64,000 bases of DNA from Chiloscyllium plagiosum (taxonomy: Eukaryota). The stretch spans positions 47,386,814 to 47,450,813 of the forward strand of contig NC_057719.1 in assembly GCF_004010195.1 (NCBI RefSeq), read 5' to 3'. Shown piece by piece: positions 12,360 to 22,469 of this stretch (within the stretch, counting starts at the first letter, position 1; each line of letters starts with the position of its first letter). The translations under genes and the position numbers were made by a program. Below the pieces are notes generated by a model that searched no databases, was not told the DNA's origin, and saw only the letters and a program-made list of their open reading frames with translations.

Positions 12360-13595
12360 CATTGTTTAAATACTTCAGACCACATAAGTCTTCAAAATGA
12401 AAATCTGGCAGGGAGTGATGTTCATGAGTAGAGGAATGTTGGGTGGTAAAAATGTTATGGTTGCCATTGTTTCATTGTCCTGCAACTCCACCAGAGGTTG
12501 AAACCAACAGTTCAGGAAATCCTATCTGAGTCTAAACTATGGTATTTGAGGTTATATTGACATGTGTTCAAACTGTGGAATTTGATTACATGATTTGATT
12601 CCTTTATAAAGTGTGATTCTAAAACATGATTTTCTCATACGTGGCTGCAATGAAGCCATGAGCAAAGTGGATTTTGCAGGAGCCAAACTAAGCATTGGTG
12701 AACAGGTTATTGCTGCATGAGTGTAGCTTGATAGCACCATGAATGATAACTTCTTTCACTTCAAACGTGGAATCAGAAGTGACTGTTGTATCAGAAAAAT
12801 TATCAAATACCAGGGAACACTTTCTGATATTGGATAAGGTAATCTTGGTAGCAGTTCCTCAAAAAGTGACAGTGCAAGTGGGGCCACAGCTTAAATAGAT
12901 TGGACAATTAGATGAAGGCAATATAACAGAATTAGAAGCAGAACTCCTCATGATGGGAACATAGCAACAGGAATAGACCATTCAGTCCCTTAAGCCTGTT
13001 CTGCCACTCAATGAGGTCAAAACTGGGCTAATTCCCTATACTTGCTTTTGGCCCATATCCTTTAATATCTTTGCCTAACAAAAATGTTCTATCTCAGATT
13101 TAAAATTAACAACTTACCTTGCATCCACTGCCATTTGTGGAAGAGGGTTCTACACATTAGTCACCTTTGTATGGAAAAGTGCTGCTTAACATCTCTCCTG
13201 AATGGTCTGGCCCTAATTCTCAGACTATGCTCTATAGTTTCAGAATCCCCAACCAGTGAAAATAGTGTATCTTTATCTAATCATCTTTTCCTGTAAGTAT
13301 CTTGAGGACTTCTATCAGATCACCCTTTAACCTTCTAAATTCTAGAGAATACAGGCCTAATTTGTGTAATCTTTCCTCATAACGTAACCCCTGAAGTCCA
13401 GGAATCATTCTTGTGAACCTATGTTGTACTCTCTCCAAGGCCAATATATCCATCCTAAGGTGTGGTGTCCAGATCAGCTGACAGTAATCCAAGTGGGGTC
13501 TAACCAGGGCTTTGTAAAACCTTGCAGCATAACTTTGGTATCCTTGTACTCCAGTCTCTAAATGTAAAGGACAGCATTCCATTAGGACAGCATTT

Positions 13596-13905
13596 GGTGG
13601 CATGGTGGTTCAGTGGTTAGTACTGCTGCCTCACAGTGCCAGGGATCTGAGTTTGATTCCAGCTTGGGCAACTGTCTTTGTGGAGTTTGCACATTCTCCC
13701 TGTTTCTGCATGGATTTCTCCAGGTGCTCCAGTTTCCACCCACAATCCAAAGATGTGCAGGTCAGGTGAATTGGCCATGATAAATTGTCCATAGTGTTAG
13801 GTGCATTAGTCAGAGGGAAATTGGTCTGGGTGGGTTACTCTTTGGAAGGTCGGTGTGGGCTTATTGGGACAAAGTGCCTGTTTCCACACTGCAGAGAATC
13901 TAATC
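13596..13905 (+). mobile_element. HE1-like tRNA-derived SINE
   Basis: GGTGGTTCAGTGGTTAG A box, GTTTGATTCC B box, GTGGAGTTTGCACATTCTCCC core, CR1-like tail ending ATCTAATC. Confidence 0.85.
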
Positions 13906-13919
13906 ATTACTTTCCTTGA

Positions 13920-14095
13920 CCCCAAAAGAGAAAATGCTGGAAAATCTCAGCAGGTCTGGCAGCATCTGTAAGGAGAGAAAAGAGCTGACATTTCAAGTCT
14001 AGCTGACCCTTTGTCAAAGCTGGTCAGACCTGCTGAGATTTTCCAGCATTTTCTCTTTTGGTTTCAGATTCCAGCATCCGCAGTAATTTGCTTTT
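13920..14095. mobile_element. Fold-back HHR-bearing mini-element (family 2)
   Basis: 14-bp TSD ATTACTTTCCTTGA (13906-13919 / 14096-14109); perfect 37-bp inverted arms 13922-13958 / 14025-14061. Confidence 0.85.
13983..14021 (-). ncRNA. Minimal hammerhead ribozyme motif, U3-A8 variant
   Basis: Minus strand: AGCT-TTGACAA-A-GGGTC-AGCTA-GACTT-GAAA-T-GTC-AGCT (4-bp stem I AGCT/AGCT). Confidence 0.6.
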
Positions 14096-15730
14096 ATTAC
14101 TTTCCTTGATTGCTTTCTGCACTTGTCTGTGATATTTTAAAGATCTATGTACCTGAAACGCCAAGTCTCTTTGGACATCCACGACATTTAACTTCATGTA
14201 TTTACAATGTACCCTGATACATTCTTTTGCAGTCCAAATTGGATAATTTTACACTTGCTTATGTTGAACTCCATCTGCCACAGTTTGCCTATTCACTTAG
14301 TCCATCAATATCCTTTTGTAACTTTATGCTATCATCTACACTATCGACAATGCCACCTACCTTTGTGTCATCAGCAAATTTGGATATATGACTTTCTATG
14401 CCATTATTCAAGTCATTAATAAATAGCGTGAATAACTAAGGCCCTAACACAGATCCTGCCAATTATCCCTATTTTCTATCCCCTATCACTCAAACAATTT
14501 CCTAGCCATATCAGTAAATTGATTAATTCCGTTAATTCCGTGGACTTGTACTTCAGTTAACAGACTCGTATATAGGACTTTATCAAATGCCTTCTGGAGG
14601 TCCATATCAACAATATTGATAGATATTCCCTGACCACTACTTTAGTGAACATTTTGTGGCTGCCAATAAACTTGAAGATAAACAAATAAGAGGGACAAAA
14701 AAAGGAAGTTAGATGTTTGGAGCTTATTCTGATGTACCGGATGAAAGTAACCAACGGATGAAAGTAACCAACCTTGTTACCTAGATGGATCAGTGCTGAA
14801 AATGCCTTTGCTAGTGGGATTTATAAGTCTGAAGTGAAGCTCCTTGCTAAGAGGTGTATGCTAATAATGTGTAACTCTTAATAAATATATAAAGGTAGCT
14901 CCAGTTTTATCCTTCAGCAACTGGGTTTCTGGAGTAAAACATGTTATTGTGGCTTGCAATGTCATTTGAACCTCAGACAAGAAAGATATTGTCTTATATT
15001 GTTCTTTAGTGTGGCCTTTTAAATAGGCAAGCATTGAGTAGGGTCCTTCTCCTGCATGGCAATTTACTATTTCAAATTGATTTTTTAGCTTTCCCCTTGC
15101 TTAACTTTGTACATACACTTGCGGCTATACTTGTTGTTTCAAAGCCATAACAGTCGGAAGATTCCAGAAATGAACTCCTCCAAGGCTCTTTTCAACACTA
15201 AGCTGCCCATATGTGAGAGCTCAGTAGCTATTGTAGCCTGTCAGCATAACCTACATTTTCTTCATGACATTTTTTGTACATTTAACTTAGACTTTCTCAT
15301 CTCTTCCTGACCTGAATGTTGGTATTTTGTTCTTAATGGATAATCCATTTACAGTATTGTTCTTTTCTGCCATGTTGATACACTATATCCTGATTTTACT
15401 TTTCTCATTTGTCTGAATTTACAGTTGCTTTGCATTCACTTTGCATGCATGGATATTGTGAAGTAACACACTTATCATGACAAACAGAACATGACATTAC
15501 AGGGTGTTGGTCCAGCTACTCCAGTAAAGATATATGTTTTAGCCAACTGTCCAGAAAATTGGATGTGCACTGAATTTTAAAACTGGCCAAATTCTGTGTT
15601 GGTTTACAGCTGCCAACTTTACAAAAATATCTATATACATAATTAGGAGGCGCCGGTATTGGACTGGGCTGTACAAAGTTAAAAATCACACAACATCAGG
15701 TTATAGTCCAACAGATTTATTTGGAAGTAC

Positions 15731-15759
15731 TAGCTTTTGGAGCACTGCTCCTTCATCAG
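15731..15759 (-). ncRNA. Decayed minimal hammerhead motif in PLE terminal repeat
   Basis: Minus strand CTGATGA-A-GGAGC-AGT-GCTCC-AAAA-GCTA; perfect 5-bp stem II; GAAA to AAAA is consistent with CpG decay. Confidence 0.6.
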
Positions 15760-15907
15760 GTGGTTGTGGAAAGTAAGATTGTAAGATACAGAATTTATAG
15801 CAAAAGTTTACAGTGTGATATAACTGAAATTACCACATTGAAAAAGACCTGGATTGTTTGTTCAGTCTCTCATCTTTTAGAATGACTACATTGATTTCAG
15901 TTATTCA

Positions 15908-17503
15908 GAGAATCCAGAGAAAGTATATTTCTGTTAGTGTGAAAGTAAAGGCTGATAGGTATAGGGAATGCTGGATGACTAAAAAAATTGAGGGTTTGGT
16001 TAAGAAAAAGAAGGAAGCATATGTCAGGGAGAGACAGGATAGATCGAGTGAATCCTTAGAAGAGTATAAAGGAAGTAGGAGTATACTTAAGAGGGAAATC
16101 AGGAGGGCAAAAAGGGGACATGAGATAGCTTTGGCAAATAGAATTAAGGAGAATCCAAAGAGGTTTTACAAATACATTAAGGACAAAAGGGTAACTAGGG
16201 AGAGAATAGGGCCCCTCAAAGATCAGCAAGGTGGCCTTTGTGTGGAGCTGCAGAAAATGGGATGATGCTAAATGAGTATTTTGCATCAGTATTTACTGGG
16301 GAAAAGGATATGGAAGATACAGACAGTAGGGAAATAGATGGTGACATCTTGCAAAATGTCCATGTTACAGAGGAGGAAATGCTGGATGTCTTGTGAGGGA
16401 CAGGATGTACATGTATTTGGAAAGGCAAGGACTGATTCAGGATAGTCAACATGGCTTTGTGCATGGGAAATCATGTCTCTCAAACTTGCTTGAGTGGTAG
16501 ATGTGATCTACATGGACTTCAGTAAGGTGTTCAACAAGGTTCCCGATGGGAGACTGATTAGCAAGGTTAGATCTCACGGAATACAGGGAGAACTAGCTAT
16601 TTGGATACAAACTGGCTCAAAGGTAGAAGACAGAGGGTGACAGGGTTACCTCAGATTACAACAGGATCTTGATCAGATGGGCCAATGGACTGAGAAGTGG
16701 CAGATGGAGTTTAATTCAGATAAATGCGAGGTGCTGCATTTTGGGAAAGCAAATCTTAGCAGGACTTATACACTTAATGGTAAGGTCCTAGGGAGTGTTG
16801 CTGAACAAAGAGACCTTGGAGTGCAGGATCATAGCTCCTTGAAAGTGGAGTCGCAGGTAGATAGGATAGTGAAGACGGCATTTGGTATGCTTTCCTTTAT
16901 TGGTCAAAAAATTGAGTACAGGAGTTGGGAGGTCATGTTGCATCTTTACAGGACATTGGTTAGGCCACTGTTGGAATATTGCATGCAATTCTGGTCTCCT
17001 TCCTTTCGGAAAGATGTTGTGAAACTTGAAAGGGTTCAGAAAAGATTTACAAGGATGTTGCCAGGGTTGGAGGATTTGAGCAAAAGGGAGAGGCTGAACA
17101 GGCTGGGGCTGTTTTCCCTGGAGCGTTGGAGGTTGAGGGATGACCTTTATAGAGGTTTACAAAATTATGAGGGGCATGGATAGGGTAAGTAGGCAAAGTC
17201 TTTTCCCTGGGGTCAGGGAGTTCAGAACTAGAGAGCATAGGTTAAGGGTGAGAGGGGAAAGATATAAAAGAGACCGACTGGGCAACTTTTTCATGTGTGT
17301 AGAATGAGCTGGCAGAGAAAGTGCTGGAGGCTGGTACAATTGCAACATTTAAGAGACATTTGGATGGGTATATGAATAGGAAGGATTTGGAGGGATATGG
17401 GCCGAGTGCTGGCAAGTGGGACTAGATTGGATTTGGATATCTGGTTGGCATGGATGGGTTGGACCGAAGAGTCTGTTTCCATGCTGTACATCTCTATGAC
17501 TCT
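15908..17503 (+). mobile_element. CR1 (HER1-like) LINE, 5'-truncated with internal deletions, inserted in PLE arm
   Basis: ORFs 15858-16265 and 16677-17183 match CR1 ORF2; CTCTATGACTCT tail. Confidence 0.95.
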
Positions 17504-18223
17504 ATATGTAAATCGCAAAACTTTTTAAAACAAGTGAACGTTAACAATTGGTGTCATGTCAACCCAGATAATATATTGAAGGTGTAATCTTCCCTGTAAG
17601 GCTGTCTGTGCCACAATGATCAGACTGTTTCTAATCTAAAATATGGATTTACAGAATCTTACGTGGATTCATGCAGTTTTTGATGTAAAATGTAATTCTG
17701 CAAGCACAAATTCACCCCACAAACTTATACGTGTATGTGTGCATGTGTTTTTGGGGGGTATTGTTATGAGTGTTTGTGAGAGTGTGTGTATGTCTGTGAG
17801 AATGTATTGTGGGAATGTTTGAGAGAGGGTCTGCATGAGTGTGTGTGTCTGTAGGAGTGTGTATGTCTGTGCATGTGTATCTGTGTGTGTATCTGTTTGT
17901 GTGTGGGTACCCTTCGTTGTACAGTACAGGTACTTCCCAGGACCTGAAAAACTACGCCATGGTTTTTACAGCGTGCAACACATTATCAATGAGGATGATC
18001 ACCTCAGCAAGACCTTCCCCACACCTCCACTTCTCGCCTTTCAAAAGCCACCAAACCTCAAACAGATCATTGCTCATAGCAAACTGCCTGGCTCTCAGGA
18101 CAATACCATACAACCTTGTCATGGTAGATGCTGCAAGACGTGTCAGAATGTTGACACCGATGCCACCATTACGCGTGGAGACACCTCCCAAGATGTACGT
18201 GGCAGGTACTCATGTGACTCAGC

Positions 18224-18500
18224 AAGGCAAAAGTGAAGACTGCAGATGCTGGAAACCAGAGTTTAGATCAGAGTGGTGCTGGAAAAGCACAGCAGGTCAG
18301 GCAGCATCTGAGGAGTAGGAAAATCGACATTCGAGCAAAAGCCCTTCATCAGGAATAGAGGCAGGAAGCCTCCAGGGTGGAGAGACCCTGGAGGCTTCTT
18401 GCTTCTATTCCCGATGAAGGGCTTTTGCCTGAAATTCGATTTTCCTGCTCCTCGGATGCTGCCTGCCCTGCTGTGCTTTTCCAGCACCACTCTGATCTAA
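18224..18500. mobile_element. Fold-back HHR-bearing mini-element (family 1) inserted in PLE GIY-YIG ORF
   Basis: 16-bp TSD ACTCATGTGACTCAGC (18208-18223 / 18501-18516); ~120-bp arms 18259-18378 / 18385-18504 with 6-nt loop; decayed HHR in each arm. Confidence 0.9.
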
Positions 18501-20124
18501 ACTCATGTGACTCAGCCAATGTTGTCTATCTCATATGCTGCAGGCAAGGATGCCCTGAGGCATGGTGCATTGGCGAGACCAAGCAGAGGCTACAGCAACG
18601 GATGAATGGTCACTGCACAACAATCAACAGACAGGAGTGTTCCCTCCCAGTCCGAGAACACTTCAGTGGTCCGGGACATTTGACCTCGGACCTTCGGGTG
18701 ACTGCCCTCCAATTCGGGCTTCGGGACAGGCAACAACGAAAAGTGGCCGAGCAGAGGCTGTTAACCAAGTTTGATACCCATAGAGATGGCCTCAACTGGG
18801 ACTTTGGGTTCATGTCACACTACAGGTGACCCCATTGCACTATACACACACACAGACAGACAGACACTCTCTCCTACAGACACACACTCAAGCAGACCCT
18901 CTCTCATGCTCACACATACATTCTCACAATATGTTCTCACAGACTTATACCTGTTTACACTCACATACACACACTCTCTCACAGACACATAACACGTCCC
19001 CCACCCCCGCAAACACACACGCAAGTTTGTGGGGTGAATTTGCACTTGCAGAATTACATTTTAATTTGCTCAAAAACTGCATAAATCCATGTAAGATTCT
19101 ATAAATCCATCTTTTTAGATTAGAATCAGTCTGACCATTGTGGCACAGACATCCTTAACAGGGAAGCTCACACCTTCAATACATTATCTGGGCCGACAGG
19201 ACACCAATTTTTAAAGTTCACTTGAGAATGTAACTTTTTAAAAAAGGTTTTTCAATTTACATATGAAAGAACTGAAACCAACATGGTCATTCTAAAAGAC
19301 GAGAGACTTAACAAACAATCCAGTTTTTTTCCAATGTGGTAATTTCAGTTATATCACACTGTAAACTTTTGCTATAAATTCTGTGTCTTACAGTCTCATT
19401 CTCTCCAACCACCTGATGAAGGAGCGCCTGATGTTGGACTACAATCTGGTGTTGTATGACTTTTTAAACTTTATACGCACAGATATAGTTAAATAAAACT
19501 TATCTGCATTATAATTTCATTTTATTTCATTAAATCTTCTGAAGCCTTCAGAGTTCTGAAGGGGAACAAATAAGAATTTTACATGATGCATGCCACATGT
19601 ATTTTTGGGCATCAGTAATAAAAGTCACCACATCCCTGCCAGAACATTGGGCTAATCTCTCATGCCATAGACCTGAGTGGGGGTGGCTTGACACCTCAGC
19701 GATGGAAGAAGTTCAGAATTGAACCAACACTATTTGTGTCACTCTGCTTGGCAAACCAACCATCCAGCCAACTGACCTAACTGATTCCCATTACTTTGAG
19801 ATGTTAAATGCATTGTTTTTTAAATAGAACTTCGACCTATTCGTACATTATGTCAACTCCGTGGGGATGTGGAGCTTGAATGCAGGCCTTCTGACTTAAG
19901 GAACTGCTACACAGAAGCCCCCCAAATAAATTTTGATTCCACTTTGTGCAATGGTGGGATTCAACTGACACCCTCCCCCCCACCCCACATGTCGGCAGCG
20001 AATCGGGCCAGTCTTCTGGGGGATTAACTAATGCAGTGACATGTCGACACGACCAGCAGCACAACCATTCTCCTGACACGATGTATTGGGGGGGGGGGGA
20101 ATTGTGAGGCCCAGGTCACGTGCT

Positions 20125-20259
20125 GAGACACCGCGTGCTGGGAACCGATAGGCCGCGCTCTTCCCAGCAGCGGGGGGGTCAGCGAGCGGCGGCCGAGGGA
20201 GCCCGACACCCGGGCCGCCGCTCCCGTCAATCAACAGCTCGGCCGCGGGGCACGGGACG
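20125..20259 (+). other. SAMD4A: Probable non-coding exon 1 of SAMD4A (start uncertain)
   Basis: Strong donor ACG|GTGAGT at 20259/20260 inside the CpG island; TSS not determinable. Confidence 0.5.
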
Positions 20260-20478
20260 GTGAGTGGGAAAAGACAGAAGAGAAATTGATCGCTGCGGAA
20301 ACTTCAGCTGCGGTTCCAATTCAAACCGACATCTTGGCTGCGCGTGCGGCGAGCACCTAGCAACGAAGCCGTTAGGGCGGTGCGGTGCAGGAGCAGCAAC
20401 CCCCACCCCCCTCCCCCAATTTCACACAAGCAGAGGGGCGGGGCCTAGGGCGCTGCGGTAGAGCCGGTAAATGTGTGT

Positions 20479-20638
20479 AGGTAAAAACGATGACTGCAGA
20501 TGCTGGAAACCAGATTCTGGATGAGTGGTGCTGGAAGAGCACAGCAGTTCAGGCAGCATCCGAGGAGCAGTGAAATCGACGAGGGCTTTTGCTCCTCGGA
20601 TGCTGCCTGAACTGCTGTGCTCTTCCAGCACCACTAAT
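20479..20638. mobile_element. Fold-back mini-element (family 1) inside the CpG island
   Basis: 15-bp TSD CCGGTAAATGTGTGT (20464-20478 / 20639-20653); 51-bp arms 20519-20569 / 20590-20640 with one mismatch. Confidence 0.9.
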
Positions 20639-21942
20639 CCGGTAAATGTGTGTGTGTTCTGATGTTGAGTGGGGGGAGGGGAGGGAAAGGCTGGGTGCTG
20701 CTGGGCGGGGCGGCACTGGAAGCCCCGCCCGGTCTGAATACACGAGGGAGGGGGATGGGGGATGGGCTCCCGTCCCCCTCCCCCTCCCCCTCCCCGCTAT
20801 TCCTGGCCCTCCCATGACGTAATGGTGAATGTTAAAAACTCACGCGGAGGGGGGGAGAGAGGCCTAAAAATAAATTCAACTTTGTGGAGCCGGCGGTCAT
20901 TACTGCTACTATAATACCACCACCATCACTGTGGCGGCGGTGGGTATTATCCTGGCCCGAGGGAGCGGCCCCAAGTTGAAAGTGCACCATGATCACTCCC
21001 CCTGAGCGGAGCCTGCAGTCAGCAGCAGGTCGGTGTGTCAGCCTCTGGAAAGTGCGTCGGCCGCTGCAGCTGTAACGGGGAGGAGTCTTTGAGTCATATT
21101 TATTAATAATCTTCACACATGCTGCGCCTTTCATGTTATTTTTAGCCGATTTCAGGATTCGCTTTCTGTTTTGATGATGACAAATGTTTATTGGGGGCGG
21201 GTTATTATTAATGTTTGGGATTAAAAAGGTTTTTATTTAAAATAAGAGAACCAATGCTTTAGATATTCGCCTTTTAAAACTCCTGCCAACACCACAGGCG
21301 GATGGAGCTAACTTTTCTACAGTTTTTTTTTAAAAGAGACAAAATCCCAATTTTAAAACTGGCTTGTTTTGTAAAGGTAATTGTTCCATTTCTCCGAGGT
21401 GGACAGATGCCTGTGGAGTTGCTGTGAGTTTCCGCAGTGTTGAACGGGGCAGGGCAGCGCAGCGCAGCGTTCATACCAACGTGGTGAAAGGTCCATCCTG
21501 CGGGTTCATTCTTTCAGACTGACATGGAAAATCCCAATCAAGGCGATGGCTGCAGACGGTCGCGTATTTGAGGTTTGGGTGGATAGTTTATTTTAGTCTC
21601 AGCCGCTCTGCATTGGGCCTAAACCCAGAGGAATTGCATTGCTCTGCATTGCTTTTGGAAACGTTTAAACAGCCTGTTGGCTGGCTAGCGGCTCTTCTAG
21701 TTTCTTAAATAATGAGTTGCTTCAAAGCGTAATATTTTATCATTTCAGGACCATTTGTAGATTGAGTGCTTTGAATGCTTAATTACAAACCTAAGAGTTG
21801 CTGCATTATAATTTGCAATGAATGACTAGTTGCTGCAGGCAAAGGGAGGGGAAAACAGAGATCCACCGCTTCAACGTAAAGTTTGGACTTATTCAATGAC
21901 GGTAAATTTCAACGGCCGTTTTTCTTTTGGTTTCCTTTGCAG

Positions 21943-22273
21943 TTTTGACCATGCATGGGAATGCGGGCGTTGGGAATTAATATTGATATCGTGGCAGGAG
22001 GAGATCTAAAATTCGAGCTCTGTTAATTCTGACAGGTGATATACTTGTTGTGCCTATTAAATTTTTGGCCCGCTGTTGATTGCCTTGGAGGAAGACGGAG
22101 CGTGTCAACAGTGACGTTATTCTACAGAAAAGGAAAGAAAAAATCGCAACTCGATCCACACAAAATGTGACAACCCCTCCTCTACATGCATGTGAGCTTG
22201 GTTTTTTTGGGTGCCTTGCATCGAAGAATCCCAACGACATAAACTCGCCCAGTGCTGAGGCTGTTCCTTAATC
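21943..22273 (+). other. SAMD4A: 5' UTR part of first coding exon of SAMD4A, with six upstream ATGs
   Basis: Polypyrimidine tract + TTGCAG acceptor ending 21942; ATGs at 21951, 21955, 21961, 22165, 22186, 22190. Confidence 0.65.
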
Positions 22274-22469
22274 ATGATGTTTCGAGATCAAGTCGGCGTT
22301 CTTGCAGGATGGTTTAAAGGGTGGAATGAATGTGAACAAACTGTAGCTTTGTTGTCTCTGTTGAAACGAGTGAGCCGGACACAGGCTCGTTTCCTTCAGA
22401 TTTGTCTAGAGCATTCTTTGTCCGATTGCACCGAGCTTCATATTCTCGAGGGAGAGGCAAATGATCCCG
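22274..22469 (+). CDS. SAMD4A: Protein Smaug homolog 1, first coding exon (196 nt, phase-1 intron follows)
   Basis: [65 protein letters not shown](G) is the vertebrate SAMD4 N-terminus; GV, VS, ELH and PG residues favour SAMD4A over SAMD4B; donor CCG|GTAAGT at 22469/22470. Confidence 0.93.

Larger units (their letters stand above)
12959..14645 (-). mobile_element. CR1-clade LINE 3' half (second family), interrupted by a SINE and a hairpin element
   Basis: YKALVRPHLDYC...ALERVQHRFTRMIPGL; FADD at ~14370-14382; DLQKAFDKV at ~14575-14605 on minus strand. Confidence 0.85.
15646..19476 (+). mobile_element. Penelope-like element with inverted upstream terminal repeat; hosts two nested insertions
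   Basis: Left arm (15646-15907 + 17504-17906) is the reverse complement of right arm (18830-19476); ORF remnant 17907-18829 with PCHGRCCKTC and NVVYLICC...WCIGETKQRLQQRMNGH GIY-YIG motifs. Confidence 0.9.
19990..21110 (+). promoter_or_regulatory. SAMD4A: CpG island / promoter region of SAMD4A
   Basis: Only strongly GC- and CpG-rich stretch in the window; E-box GTCACGTG 20115-20122, GC boxes (GGGGCGGGG), TGACGTAA near 20815; 1-2 kb upstream of first coding exon. Confidence 0.8.

Noticed and set aside
14738..14773. Short tandem duplication GGATGAAAGTAACCAAC x2 (similar small duplications at ~7183-7230 and ~920-946)
   Set aside because: Ordinary slippage events with no sign of function
18224..18500. 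Classification of the hairpin elements as MITEs/DNA transposons
   Set aside because: Arms are asymmetric, TSD length varies (10-16 bp), and the same sequence forms the 3' end of GIY-YIG-bearing PLE copies
17835..18829. Domesticated GIY-YIG gene (ORFs 17835-18236, 18377-18829)
   Set aside because: 5'-truncated, interrupted by a hairpin insertion, YIG reads CIG, and ORF starts come from microsatellite or insert sequence
20024..21134. Several 65-100 aa ORFs in the CpG island
   Set aside because: Expected in GC-rich DNA; no recognisable protein similarity
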